Source of the DNA: Lytechinus pictus
Lineage: Eukaryota
DNA length: 64,000 nucleotides
NCBI RefSeq assembly: GCF_037042905.1
Contig: NW_026974140.1
Coordinates: 1,428,001 to 1,492,000 of the forward strand
Direction: 5' to 3'
Shown here: positions 12,136 through 24,046 of the stretch, piece by piece
Layout of the letters: each line of letters begins with the position of its first letter
How positions within the stretch are numbered: position 1 is the first letter of the stretch
Notes under the pieces: model-generated
Told to the model about the DNA's origin: nothing
The model's database searches: none
What the model saw: the letters and a program-made list of their open reading frames with translations, nothing else
Translations under genes and position numbers: made by a program

Positions 12136-13056
12136 TGTTGTTGGGCCTTTCTTTGTCATAGTGTGCGCGTGAAAAAGGTCGAGTTTTTATGATTTCATGT
12201 CTGTATATTTACTCCCCTTTAATACAAAAATGTGACTAAATCAACATTTTCAGTTATGAAAGTATTCAATAACATATATTTCATGATGTAACAAAGCAAA
12301 CTAAAACTTTAAACAGCACAAGGAACACTTTCTTTGCGTTCCTTTCTCCCATCTGCCTTCACGCAGCATTTGTCGACTAGCCAGTATTGACCTAGCAAAA
12401 TGGCGGCGCGCTCAGTCGAGCGTGAAGTCCGATGCTCTTCGTTGCCGCACTGCTTTGTGTACGTTGGGAATAGGGACACGTATTCCACGTATCTCTAGTT
12501 CAGTGGGTGGAACCAAAGGGGCGACTTAACAACAAACCGTCGCAGATGGCGACATTACACAAGCAAACATATTGGCGCTTGGTATTTTGCACGGGGGTAC
12601 CAACATAGATTCATTTATCAAGTATTTATTATTAAGTACATATTAGCTTTATTCTCACAATGCACGATTAAGTATCTGACAAGGCCTATTTGAATAATGC
12701 GAGCGCGAAGCGCAAGCAGTTTTTTTATATGCCATGAAATTTAGAGCTGAAAGTTAGAAAGGTACACAATTCGTAAGTGTAATCATGAACATGATTCGTA
12801 TCTACTTGTAATGCTAACAATTTCTGAAATTTTTAATATTCTGACATGAAAACGGAGCATTTAATATATATTTTTTAATAATATATATATAGGCTATTGA
12901 TGCGAGCGCGAAACGCAATCTGATTTTTATATTCCAATCTGTAAACTGAACATTTTGATGACGCTTTGAAATAAATAATGTTATGTATCTGTTTTTAAAA
13001 AAAAGCCAGTACAAGCCGAGCTGGCTTTTTTTTTAATTAGAAACGAAACATTTTAA

Positions 13057-13135
13057 GGCGCGATAGCTCAATCGGTAGTGAGGGGGTTTTGGATTCCGGT
13101 GGCCTGGGTTCGATTCCCACTTACTTGGTGCGCTT
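13057..13135 (+). mobile_element. tRNA-derived SINE head (degraded)
   Basis: A-box-like TAGCTCAATCGG and B-box GGTTCGATTCC; no complete cloverleaf. Confidence 0.55.
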
Positions 13136-13698
13136 TTGCCAAGTGCGAGCTAAAATTGGGAGAGACTATAAAATTGGACATACAGTATATGCACATAATT
13201 TTATTTAATAATGGACTGGATGCGTATTTAATTAAACAATGTGAGCGCGAACGGCGAGCTAAAATTTTCTAAGAAGTTGTCCCTTAAGCATGTTTTTTAA
13301 CAGATATAGCAAGTTGTTTATTTCATTTATTAATGCCAGCGCGAAGCTCGAGTCAAAAAATTATTTGGCATCTTTTTGTAATCCCGTGTAGGGTGCCTAT
13401 CTCGCTAAACCAAAATAAAATATACACTCGAATCGCGAGCAGAATACTTTGGGTATATTATCTTGAAAACGGGATACTTTCAGCTCCATGTAATCCTTTC
13501 GGACACTACACATGAACCTTAGGCAGCGGGGGGGGGGGGGGGGGGCAGAGAGGCAGTTGCGGCCAGACATTTTGTAACTCGTTGTAAGTATGTACTTATT
13601 CACGTAATTATATTTATAATGTACGACATCTTCAATTTTACATTCAAAATGCCCCCCCCCCCTCCCCGATAAATTTTGCATGTCCCCTTTTCGAAAAT

Positions 13699-14720
13699 AG
13701 ATCTTCCATCTTACTTGAAAATTCTTTTAATATTATTTTGTGACATTAGAAACGAACGATATTCAATAGATGAACCAATTTAAATCGAAGAATTTAAGTT
13801 GTAAAAAAAATTAGAACTATTGATAGTGTTCACAAACTTTTATTTTGAGTAAATCACGATTTTTTATGTCATATTGCCATATATGTGTGTGTAATATTCC
13901 AAATTAAAATGCATATTTAGTAGACTTATAATTTGAAACTCTAAATATAAGTGATTGCATATCAAAGGGAATCAAAATATCTTACAAATCCCGTCAAAAG
14001 GTCAAAATGCGTGATTTTCGACAGTCTTTCAGATTTTACGCTAATATGATACTTTCACGCAAAAGTGCACTTGGCATCCGCCCGTACGTTATTCTTCAGT
14101 ATTTCCGCAAGACTTTTTGCTGGGATGCAAAGAATTGACAAATTGTGCTATTAAAAACTCGCTTTAGTATGTACTTATACATGTAATTATGCACATAATG
14201 TACGGTATTTTCAAATTTTCTTTCAAAATGCGCACCTGGTAAAATGCACATTGTCTCCTTTCAGATAACATAAAATGAGATATCTTCCATCTTACTTGAA
14301 AATTCTTTTGATTGTGGTATTAGGACATTTACTATACATTCGATGGATAAACGAATTGAAATCGAAGAATTTAAGTTGCGTAAAAAACTTCAAACTATTG
14401 ATAGTTTTCACAAACTTTTATTTGGAGGAAATCGCGGTTTTATGTTTCACTGTGCCATATTATGTGTGTGTAATATTCAATTTATGAAACTTATAATTTG
14501 AAACTCCGAATAAAAATAATCGCATATCAAAGACAATCAAAAATACTAAAATAATCCGTCAAAATATCAAAATGCGTGATTTTCGACATTCTTTCAGATT
14601 TTACGCAAAAAATGATACTTTCATGCACGCAAAAGCGCGCTTGGCATCCGACCATACGCTATTCCTGGGTATTTTGCAAGACTATTAGCTGGGATGCCAA
14701 ACATTAAGCATTAACAAATT
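13699..14720 (+). repeat. Diverged direct duplication (~450-bp matching block, period ~580 bp)
   Basis: ATCTTCCATCTTACTTGAAAATTCTTTT...GCTGGGATGC at ~13700-14130 and ~14282-14698. Confidence 0.8.
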
Positions 14721-16499
14721 TTGCCGTCCAAAGTACAAAAAATCGTTTTGGCCGGTCTACTTTAATGAGTGACTGAAATTTGTTGACATTTTAGGCCTGA
14801 AAACTGGATATTTAAACACTTTTGTTTTGTTATGAATATGATTTATGAGTTGATATATTTTCAACTATCATGCGAGCGCAAATCGCGAGACGAAATTTTT
14901 GATAACTGTCATAAAAGGGGGGTTTTAAGTAGTTTAATACATAATTAATAGCGCAAAACGCTGCAAAATGATATTCGCACCATAAAACGTATACATTTTA
15001 CAGAGCATTTAAAAAAAAATCAATTTGTAAATCAAACAAAATAATAAAAGCTCGATGTCCGAGCTGAATATGTTTTGTATATTGACTTAAGCTTTTAAGC
15101 TATATACATATCAGCATATTCAAGCAAGATCGAACAGGCTATGCGAGCGCGAGCGAAAATCTAACAAAGTGACATGAAATATATATTTTTAAATCATTTT
15201 CCAAGTCTTCCCCTGACCTTATTTTATTTGCTCGTCTCCCTCTTATTTTTTCCTCCTTTCTTTCCCCTTCTTTTTTCTTTTCTTTCCCCTTTCCCCCCTT
15301 TTTTTGCTCTGCCAATTGGGGGGGGGGGGGCGGGCCCCTCGGGCCCCCTGGATCCGCCTATGCCCTTGCAAAGAAAAAAAATATAAATCAGGCTTCGAGC
15401 GGCCGATCGGGGAAAATATGCCTGAACAAATCCGGGCCCCCCTATGGCGAAGGCCATGGACGGAAATCCCGGGGGGGGGGGGGGGGGGGGGGAGGGCGGG
15501 ACGGGCCCCCTACTAAAAATAGTAGGGGGGGGGGGCACAATATAAAATGGGCCGTACTATTTGTGGTCTTTTATGATGGTAAGAAATACATAATTCAAAA
15601 TCGAAACAAAACATGAATTTTAGGAAAAGATGCCGGGGACGAAATGACCTTACTTTCAGTGGGATGATAACCGTTTTCTTTTTTTTTTTTCTTTTTTTTT
15701 TTGCTTGTCAAATTTTCCAGCCCCTTGTCCCCCTACCTTTAGGGAGAGATTTCCGCCCCTGGCGAAGGCTGGATCCGCCCCTGAGAATACTCCTTGAAAT
15801 TTTCTCCCATCATACAATGCAAGCATGGCAAAAATTTCAGCTCATCACTCGTGCCTGCATCCGAATGGGACTACTTCTCCCTTAAATTTCCAGATTTCTG
15901 GTCTAAATATCAATAATCATTCTGCTCGCGCTTCTCGGTTGCATTATTGTTTAGAATATTCAATTTTAAGATCTGATCGAATGTTTAAAAAAAAGATTAT
16001 CAAGTTAGATATAAATCATGTTTATGATAATACTGAAAAAAAAAACCCAATAACGCTGTAGGCCTACAGTATAATTATGTATATAATAACGTTACACTTT
16101 GAAAAGGGCGCGATTTTAGCACTTGCCCCGGGCGCCGTTTGTCCAAGATACGCCACTGCCTGAAGCAAAGTGGTGCTCGATCTACCTTCTTTGGAATATT
16201 GTTGCAAACGGTAATACAGAAAAACCCATGTCATCCAAAATTCAACAACAGTACGGTGCCACGCATAATAAGAGGGGATTTCCCGTTTCGACCCCAGGCC
16301 ATACACGTCATTCGGTCTTTGACCGACGCGACCTGCCCGTAGCTCACGTCTGCACCACCGCGCCCATTAAGTGCGAGCGCAGCGCGGCATCGTACACAGT
16401 ATAGTAATACAATGCAGGTAAATACAAATGCATGCAGGCTAACGTAGCGTCGAACATTAATAACACAACACTGATGACATTTCAAGTCCAAGGAGGTTA

Positions 16500-16743
16500 G
16501 AACTTAGATTTGGATGTGTTTTCACTTCAGTACGCTCAACTGAGGAAGACAGACAAAATTCTTTATTCTATTCTAGTCTATAAACGCAAGTTTATAGACT
16601 GCCGCCGCATCCACTGCAACAGTGCAAAAAAAAAAAAAACACATTGCCACTGACAGGCAAGGCTTCACTGCACTCCAGACCACAGTCCAGACTCGACTCC
16701 AGCCAGGCATCACTCACACTAGTACGAGGTTCGCGCTGAGCTT
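16500..16743 (+). promoter_or_regulatory. Candidate promoter-proximal non-coding first exon of the semaphorin-like gene
   Basis: CpG-richer island (~16250-16750) ending in a consensus donor CTT|GTAAGT at 16744. The start coordinate is a guess. Confidence 0.3.
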
Positions 16744-18198
16744 GTAAGTAACGTTAGAACTAACTTAGTAGAAAGTAGGAAGGTCCAATCATTCAAACAA
16801 TTTACAAGCCAGGTTATGATTTAGTGCAGTGTATATGGTATGTAGTGGATCATATTACCAAACACTTATCATAAATTCAATGTATGGTATTTTTTTATCA
16901 AACAGTGCAGTGGCAGTGCAGTGAAACAATATTCTCTGTAAAATTCATCAAAATTTCACCATTGCATTGGCAAAAAATGGTATTAATGATAATATGCAAA
17001 TCGATCTAACGTTACAGATCTAGACATTTTATGCATGGGACATTTTGTCCCCATAGAGACTACAGAATTTCCCCATTTTCCCCAATAAAAATGAAAATGA
17101 TTTAAAATAAGGAAATAAGAGTTTTTTTTTCTATTGAGACATATTTGATATTCTGACAAAAGGAAATTAGCCATTTCAACTACCGGTAGAACCTATTTTT
17201 TCTTGTTTTTCATGGTTTTATACTTTCATGATTGAAAAGTTTTGTTTTTAATTTTCATATTTTTCTATTTTCACCATTTTTTGGCTTCAATTGTTTTCAT
17301 TAATCGGTAGATCTATTTATAACAAATCAGTCTTTAGAAACTAAAGAAAAGGTAAAAACTCACTTTTTAAAGTGCTCACTCTTGAAATTTGTCTTTCTCT
17401 ATTCTTTTTGTATACAAACCTCTCCATTGTCATTGTGTGTAAATGTCTCATACGTAACATGTTTTCCCATAGGTAACAATTTTTTGATTAACTTTTAATT
17501 AAAAAGTAAACTATATTTCTAAAACTTTTTGTGGTATAACATATTCATAACTCAATAGTTTAGAACTTCCCAGAGATGCAACAATACTAGTAGTATTGTA
17601 TTCTGAAAAATAACTTTAGTTTAAAAACAACCTAAAAAAAGTCAAAAAGTTACATTTGGGACATTCAATCCTTGGACAGGACCTAATTTGCATATTTAAT
17701 TAGATGACACCACTTTTCCCCCAAAAAAGTAAAATGTGTCCCCCCTATGACTAAATCTCTAAAGTTTTGTTTTGATTTTCTATGAGTTTTTATAATTGTC
17801 CCATACGTAATGCCTATTATACCAATTATGCAAATTAGGTGCCCCAAATTAGAATAAATTTGAATATCAAATTTTTCTTAATGAAATTTAGAAATTCAAC
17901 ATTGTGCTTTCCTACCCCACCAAAGATAACTTCTTGATATACAGATGAAATTTTGTCTACAAGGGGACCTTACATGTATCTTGGACTTGCCCATTATTGG
18001 CTTTTCCTCAAACCTTCTATATTTTTTAATTATTTTTCTGCTATTTTTAGTTTTTTTACACAATTTTTTCTTCAGGGTGAACTTCCCCTTCCTGTAAATG
18101 ATACATGTAGGATACTTTCCTTTCTCATGCAAGTCACAAACCACAATAAAGTCATCAACAGGTCAGTCTTTTATGAAAATGAAACAAGTGATCTTTAA

Positions 18199-18782
18199 AG
18201 GAGAATGAAACTCTTGGAGCAAGTAAGCTTTTGTGAAAGCAGAAAAATCAAAGAATGAGATCAACAAAAGTTTGAGTAAAATAGGACTAGCAATAGAAGA
18301 GTTATGAGCATTTGAATGTCGAGATCACTAATGCTATGGAGATCCTCCCATTGGCAATGCGACCAAGATCTATGATGTCACAGATGAACAACTCTCCCCT
18401 TTTGGACACTGAAAATATACCCCAAAACATCTCTTTTTGCTCATTCTAATCATATGACAAACGATTCATCAATGATATAATGTTGTGAAACCTCTGTACT
18501 TGTCCTCTCATAAAGAGAACACCTCACCTTGTGATAGACTCTATAAAAGTGAGAATATAAGTGAAATAAGTACTAAAGTAATGAGGGAGTTGTAGGTGTG
18601 TGACATCACAGATCTTGGTCGCATTGCCAACGGGAGGATCTACATGGCATTAGTGTTCTCGACATTCAAATGCTCATAACTTTCTTATTATTCATTCAAT
18701 CTTCCTCAAACTTTCAACAATATGTTTCTTTGATTTTTCTCTTTGATATGGATTCAGCTGGTTTCAAGGGTTTCATTCTCCT
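18199..18782. mobile_element. Kolobok-like MITE, family A
   Basis: TTAA TSD; TIR AGGAGAATGAAAC; long internal inverted arms; near-identical reversed copy at 44167-44749. Confidence 0.85.
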
Positions 18783-19199
18783 TTAATAATCCATCAAAAT
18801 ACTGATATATCATTCCGCTAATGGCCTTGGGCACCCACAGTGCAACACTGCAAATTATCAACACCAGTAGATAGTGGACGGCATTGGTCTGGCCCAACCG
18901 GCACAGTTCTAAGATTTCTGACCACCACTCATGAAAAACACTGCTTCCATCGACCACTAATTTCCATTGAAAAGGGTTTTATAAACTTTCAAAGAGGAAT
19001 TGCACAAGTTTGTATGTTTCCATCTTTATTTGCACAATTTACATTGAACATTCTTCATATGTAAAGAGTTTATTTTCAATGATTTGCTAATGTCAGATTG
19101 TTATTACATTGATGTTCCTTCACTTTTGGCTTTAAAATCACTAACTTGGCTTGAAAAAAAATGTTTGGATAGTGGATACCATGAAATAGCAACCACCAC

Positions 19200-19400
19200 T
19201 AACATGAGTCTAGCTAGAACACAGATCAACACCTACATACATCAGCTTCTAGAATGCTCTTTTGACTCTGATCTTCTCTCAGTTCCAAAATTTAAAACAA
19301 AGTTGGGGTAAGGGCTTTTATTTCTGCGAGGCCCTCGCTATAGAATTCCCTCCCGGCCAAGAGAGATCTTTGATAGCCAGTCTTTCATAACAAAATTTAT
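19200..19400 (+). mobile_element. Degraded L2/CR1 ORF2 C-terminal remnant
   Basis: Reads roughly LLSVPKFKTKLG*RAF...GPSL*NSLP, the typical L2 ORF2 tail motif. Confidence 0.45.
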
Positions 19401-20966
19401 ATATAGATGAAACAAAAAGCTTTATAATACCTAACAATTCTGTTTACAATTACATGTACATGTAAGTGTTTATCAATGATTTGAGTGTCAAGAACAAGCA
19501 GTCGTTAATTGAATTTATGAGATGTTTGTAAAAAGGTCTGTGAACTTCAATAGGCCTACCAGTCTGCACAGTATAGCCTAATTATTGGCTTTTGATGCTA
19601 TGTCAGTCAAAGCTCACACAAACATTCAGTACTGACTGCACAGAATCGTTGTTAGCGCTAACAGAGACCTGTTACAAAAGGTAATGTGACTACACCGATG
19701 CCTAATGTAACAATGCATTACCGGTACGTACACGGTACACATTTGAATAAAATCTTTTGACTTTTCCTATCCAAAAGATGTGACTGGGCTTACTGTTAAT
19801 GCTCTGTTAGGCTAACAACGTTTCTGTGTGGTTGGCACATGTCAAAAACAACATTCAAATCCATGTAATCAGGTCTGCATGAAACCAAATTTTCATAGTG
19901 CATAGTTACTTTGTCAGGGCAGCCAAACCTCTGACAAGACAATGGGAGAGTTAAAGTTATTCTTATTTCGTTGTGTGACAGCTGACACACCTCGCATGTC
20001 TAGTCTGTGTATTCAGGTGTGTTTAGGGAAATAACAGCACCGATACCCTTGGCCAAAGGCTAATGAGCAGGTTGATGAGACATGGTCATGGTCATGATAT
20101 CACACCTTTCATTCATCTGCATAAAAAACATTCAGACATTGCCAAGTACAATGTATTGTTAGCCAAGAAATGATATTAAGATTTCACTTGTGCCTGTCAA
20201 TCTGTCAGGAACCTGTCACCTTACAGCTTAGAACTGCCAAATCATTTATCATTTTTCAGCATGCAGTGCTTTGAATTTGAAGTATACTGTTCTCAAAATT
20301 TGCTTTTTACAGGAATCAGATTCACACATTATGGTGAATCAACCTGATCCAATATACTGATTACATTGTGTCAAAAGTCAAAAGAAATTTTATCAACATG
20401 CATGTTCAAAGTTGAAAATGCAGTACTTGTACTGTGTACCTGTTCATTACTGTTACGTACAATGGCTTGCTATATGTGTGATAGAAAGCAGTTTCTATAT
20501 TGTACCAGGTTACCATCTGTATCTGTATTGTTTACTCAGCAAAATCCCAGGATTGGCACATCACGCTATTTAAACTTGAAGAGCACCCTATGTTTGGAGT
20601 GGTGGCTCGAAGTATTAAATGGTATTTAATTTATTTTTGAAGGAGTCCATGCAATGTGATGTGAACATTACCACACATGGAAACAGAAGGGAAATCAGAC
20701 AATTTATTTTAAAACTTTATTAATTGATAGAGAGCTTGTACACTAACTATAGCTCATTCATTTCATTTCAATGAAATTATTTAAATGACTAACAGGGACT
20801 CAGTTTTATAATTATGAGGGGAGCAATAAAAAGCTCTCCTAGAACTTTTAAGGAGAGCGGTAGAGGAGCACTGCAAAAAGCTCTTCTTCAACATACAAGG
20901 GGAGCTTTTTGTCCAATTAACAAAATGGATGGAGGAAATATATGTACATGTACATGTAGGATGGGG

Positions 20967-21187
20967 GGTTGGGTGTCCGGACACGTAACAGAAATGAAGC
21001 CTTGTTTTTTCTCAAGAATAAACCAAAAATATAGGTTGAATAGTTTTTTTCACAATCAATATTTGTTCTTTATAATATTTTCTTATATTCTGTGCTAAAA
21101 AGAATTAAAGACATTGCTTGTAAACTTTTCAAAATTGAGAGTAAAAGTCATGTGTCCGGACACCCAACCCGTCCGGACACACAACCA
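20967..21187. mobile_element. Small MITE-like element
   Basis: Inverted GGGTTGGGTGTCCGGACAC / GTGTCCGGACACCCAACCC. Confidence 0.5.
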
Positions 21188-21409
21188 CTGGGTATACTAA
21201 GTTACAATCAACAACCAAAGGAAGGAAACAATCGAATATGCAATATTTATAATTGTTTTACAATGTATTGTAATTAGATTGTGTCTTATAAAACCTGTTT
21301 GAGTGAGGTTTTGACTTTGGCTAAAAGTTAAGTCACTGACAATTTTTTTTTTTTCGGGGGCTCCATTTTAATTTTTTGTCAAATTTCGGGGGCTCTTTTT
21401 AAATGCCTA

Positions 21410-22766
21410 CAGTAGGGGAGACCGGGGTTAGTTGGAACATTTTTGACAATAATGGCTGTAAAATCCAAAGAGATTTTATTCGAGAAACAATCAATATATC
21501 AGCTTGAAGCACATATCTAAGGGCTTCAAATGTACCCCATAAAATTTTTAACTCTATTTATGGTTACTGAAAAAATCCACCTTGAACAAGACCATCGCAA
21601 ACGTTCCAACTTACCCCAATACGGGGTAAGTTGGAACATGGTATGGGGTAAGTTGGAACACTGCATGGTCAATTAAGAATTATACTTGTTCTACTTAAAA
21701 CTGTAATATTACATGGTTTTAGCCTATTTGCTTTATTTTATTCAAGTTCAAAATATTTAAGTGTGGATTCGTTGAACTTTATGTTTTCTACTATACAGCC
21801 ACTCACGCAAGCAGACTGTAGTAGAATTCCACATATTTGGGTGCGTTTGATTTTACATGCAATTAAGTGTACTATCAGCAATTTCATGTACTTCTGCATC
21901 AAATTTATAAGACAAAAATTAATTGTTTATACTTTTTTCATTCAGTAATTATGCAAATAAGCATATGAAATTTGCCCTAAATTATTTTTTTGTGTATGTT
22001 TTTGCCTTTAACTCTATTTATTAAGCTAGTAGAATGCTAATTTGTGGTGAGAGTATCATTTTTCACATTTATAACAAATATCCACCAAAAATTGCAAAAA
22101 ATATATTGTCTTATATATTATGTTATTTTTTATTTGTATTTTTGTTTTACGAACCTTTGTTTTTGACCCCCCCCAGTTTGATAAGGGTTAATATTGCATT
22201 AGGGGCCTACAATAGGCATTGAATGCACACTCAGACCTAACTGATAAACAAAACAAGCATGGTATACAATACATGTTCAGAAGAGTGTGAAATACTTTAT
22301 ATATTTTTTTCTCATATCCAATGTTTTTATTCATAATTATGTTTGGGGTAAGTTGGAACATGTTCCAACTAGCCCCTTCAATTTTGTTCAACTAACCCCG
22401 GAGGCCCATTTGACGTTTATAAGCTTACAGCACAAAAAAGGGACTTCACCATGGCATATTAATAACCTCATTTTGTAGCTTGGTATAAGTGTCTATTATA
22501 CCCCCAATCTGGCCAACTTGATCTATAAACTTCTCTGAGATAATCAAACATTTCTGAAAGAGAAAAAAATTACTCAGAAGGTCAAAAAACAAAAATTCCT
22601 TTCTAACTTCACCAGGCTTGTTGCACATGTGTTGTCTGTAATATGGTGGATGGCTGTTGATAATGACAATAAATTGAGGGCAGTATTGCAGAAATTTATT
22701 TAAAGACGTTAAAGAAAATTGCAATGTTTCAACTTACCCCATGTTCCAACTAACCCCGGTCTCCCC
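21410..22766. mobile_element. Tc1/mariner(pogo)-like non-autonomous element
   Basis: TIR GGGGAGACCGGGGTTAGTTGGAACAT; TA TSD; internal GGGGTAAGTTGGAACA copies; paralogous empty site at ~24068-24085. Confidence 0.8.
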
Positions 22767-22873
22767 TACATTGTAAACAAGTGCCAGAACTGACCTTTCT
22801 TGTGATAGGTCAAGCTGCGCAATAAAGCTGTGCTAACAAAAGCGGGAAAGCGGGAGTTTTGAAACTTCTTTAA

Positions 22874-23451
22874 AGGGGAATGAAACCTTTGGAACGTGTC
22901 GAAACAGAAAAATCAAAGAAACAGATCAACGAAAGTTTGAGAAAAATCTGACAAATAATGAGAAAGGTATGAGCATTTGAAAATCGCAATCACTAATGCT
23001 ATAGATGGAGATCCTCCAATTGGCAATGCGACAAGGATGTGTGATGTCACATGTGAACAACTTTCCCTTAGATGGACTATAAAATACACCCAAAATGTCT
23101 CTTTTTGCTTTTTCTTATGGTGATACAAACTCTTTATCCATGATGTATTCTTTAAAGATCTGTATTACATGCCCTCCTATAGAAAGAACTCATGATGTAC
23201 TGATAGATGTGATAAAAGAGGCAATTTAAGTGAAATATATAGTAAAGTAATGGGAAAGTTGTTCACAAGTAATGTCACACATCTTTGTTTCATTGTCAAT
23301 ATGAGGATCTCCATAGCATTAGTGATTGCAATATTCAGATGCTCATAACTTTCTCATTATTTGTCCGATTTTTCTCAAACTTTCATTGATCTGTTTCTTT
23401 GATTTTTCTGTTTTCACACAAGCTATCGTGTTCTAAAGGTTTCATTCTCCT
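22874..23451. mobile_element. Kolobok-like MITE related to family A
   Basis: TTAA TSD; TIR AGG(G/A)GAATGAAACCTTT. Confidence 0.8.
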
Positions 23452-23454
23452 TTA

Positions 23455-24046
23455 AGGACAAGTCCACCCCAACATAAAGTTGATTTGAATAAAAAGAGAA
23501 AAATCCAACAAGCATAAAACTGAAAATTTCATCAAAATCGGATGTAAAATAAGAAAGTTATGACATTTTAAAGTTTCGCTTAATTTCACAAAACAGTTTA
23601 TGCACATCCTGGCTGGTATGCAAATGAGGAGACTATGATGTCATCCACTCACTATTGTATTTTATTATATGAAATATTCTAATTTTCTCCTCATTGTCAA
23701 GCAGCAAAATGTCAAGTGAGACAGTGATTAATTCCTCCCTGAACGTGTGGAATTAGCATTGTTTAATACTATATGGTTCAGTCAAGTTGGTCCTTATTGT
23801 CAAATCTTTAAAAAATGAAATATTGTATAATTCAAACAATAAAAAACGAAAGAAATAGTGAGTGATGGACATCATCGACTGAGTCACCTAGTTGTCCATA
23901 TCACTGTTTTGTGAAAAATAAGCAAAACTTTAAAATGTCATAACTTTCTTATTTTACATCCGATTTTGATGAAATTGTCAGCACTATGCTAATTTGATTT
24001 TTCTCTATTTATTCAAGTAAGCATTTTCCTGGGGTGGACTTGACCT
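23455..24046. mobile_element. Kolobok-like MITE, family B
   Basis: AGGACAAGTCCACCCC...GGGGTGGACTTGACCT flanked by TTAA; second copy at 27090-27696. Confidence 0.8.

Larger units (their letters stand above)
9494..12505. mobile_element. Non-autonomous P-element-like DNA transposon (~3.0 kb)
   Basis: Perfect 23-bp TIR CACTGAACTAGAGATACGTGGAA; 8-bp TSD GGTGGAAC (9486-9493 / 12506-12513); extra internal 23-bp inverted repeat. Confidence 0.85.

Noticed and set aside
9874..12159. F/L/S-rich membrane-like ORFs (also ~53180-53710)
   Set aside because: Translations of purine/pyrimidine low-complexity tracts.
13057..13135. Possible tRNA gene (also ~63313 and ~39420-39492)
   Set aside because: A and B boxes only, no full cloverleaf; two of the three continue into SINE bodies.
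20313..20400. Strong acceptor TTTTTACAG as an additional 5' exon
   Set aside because: No convincing paired donor or reading frame; cannot be supported without RNA data.
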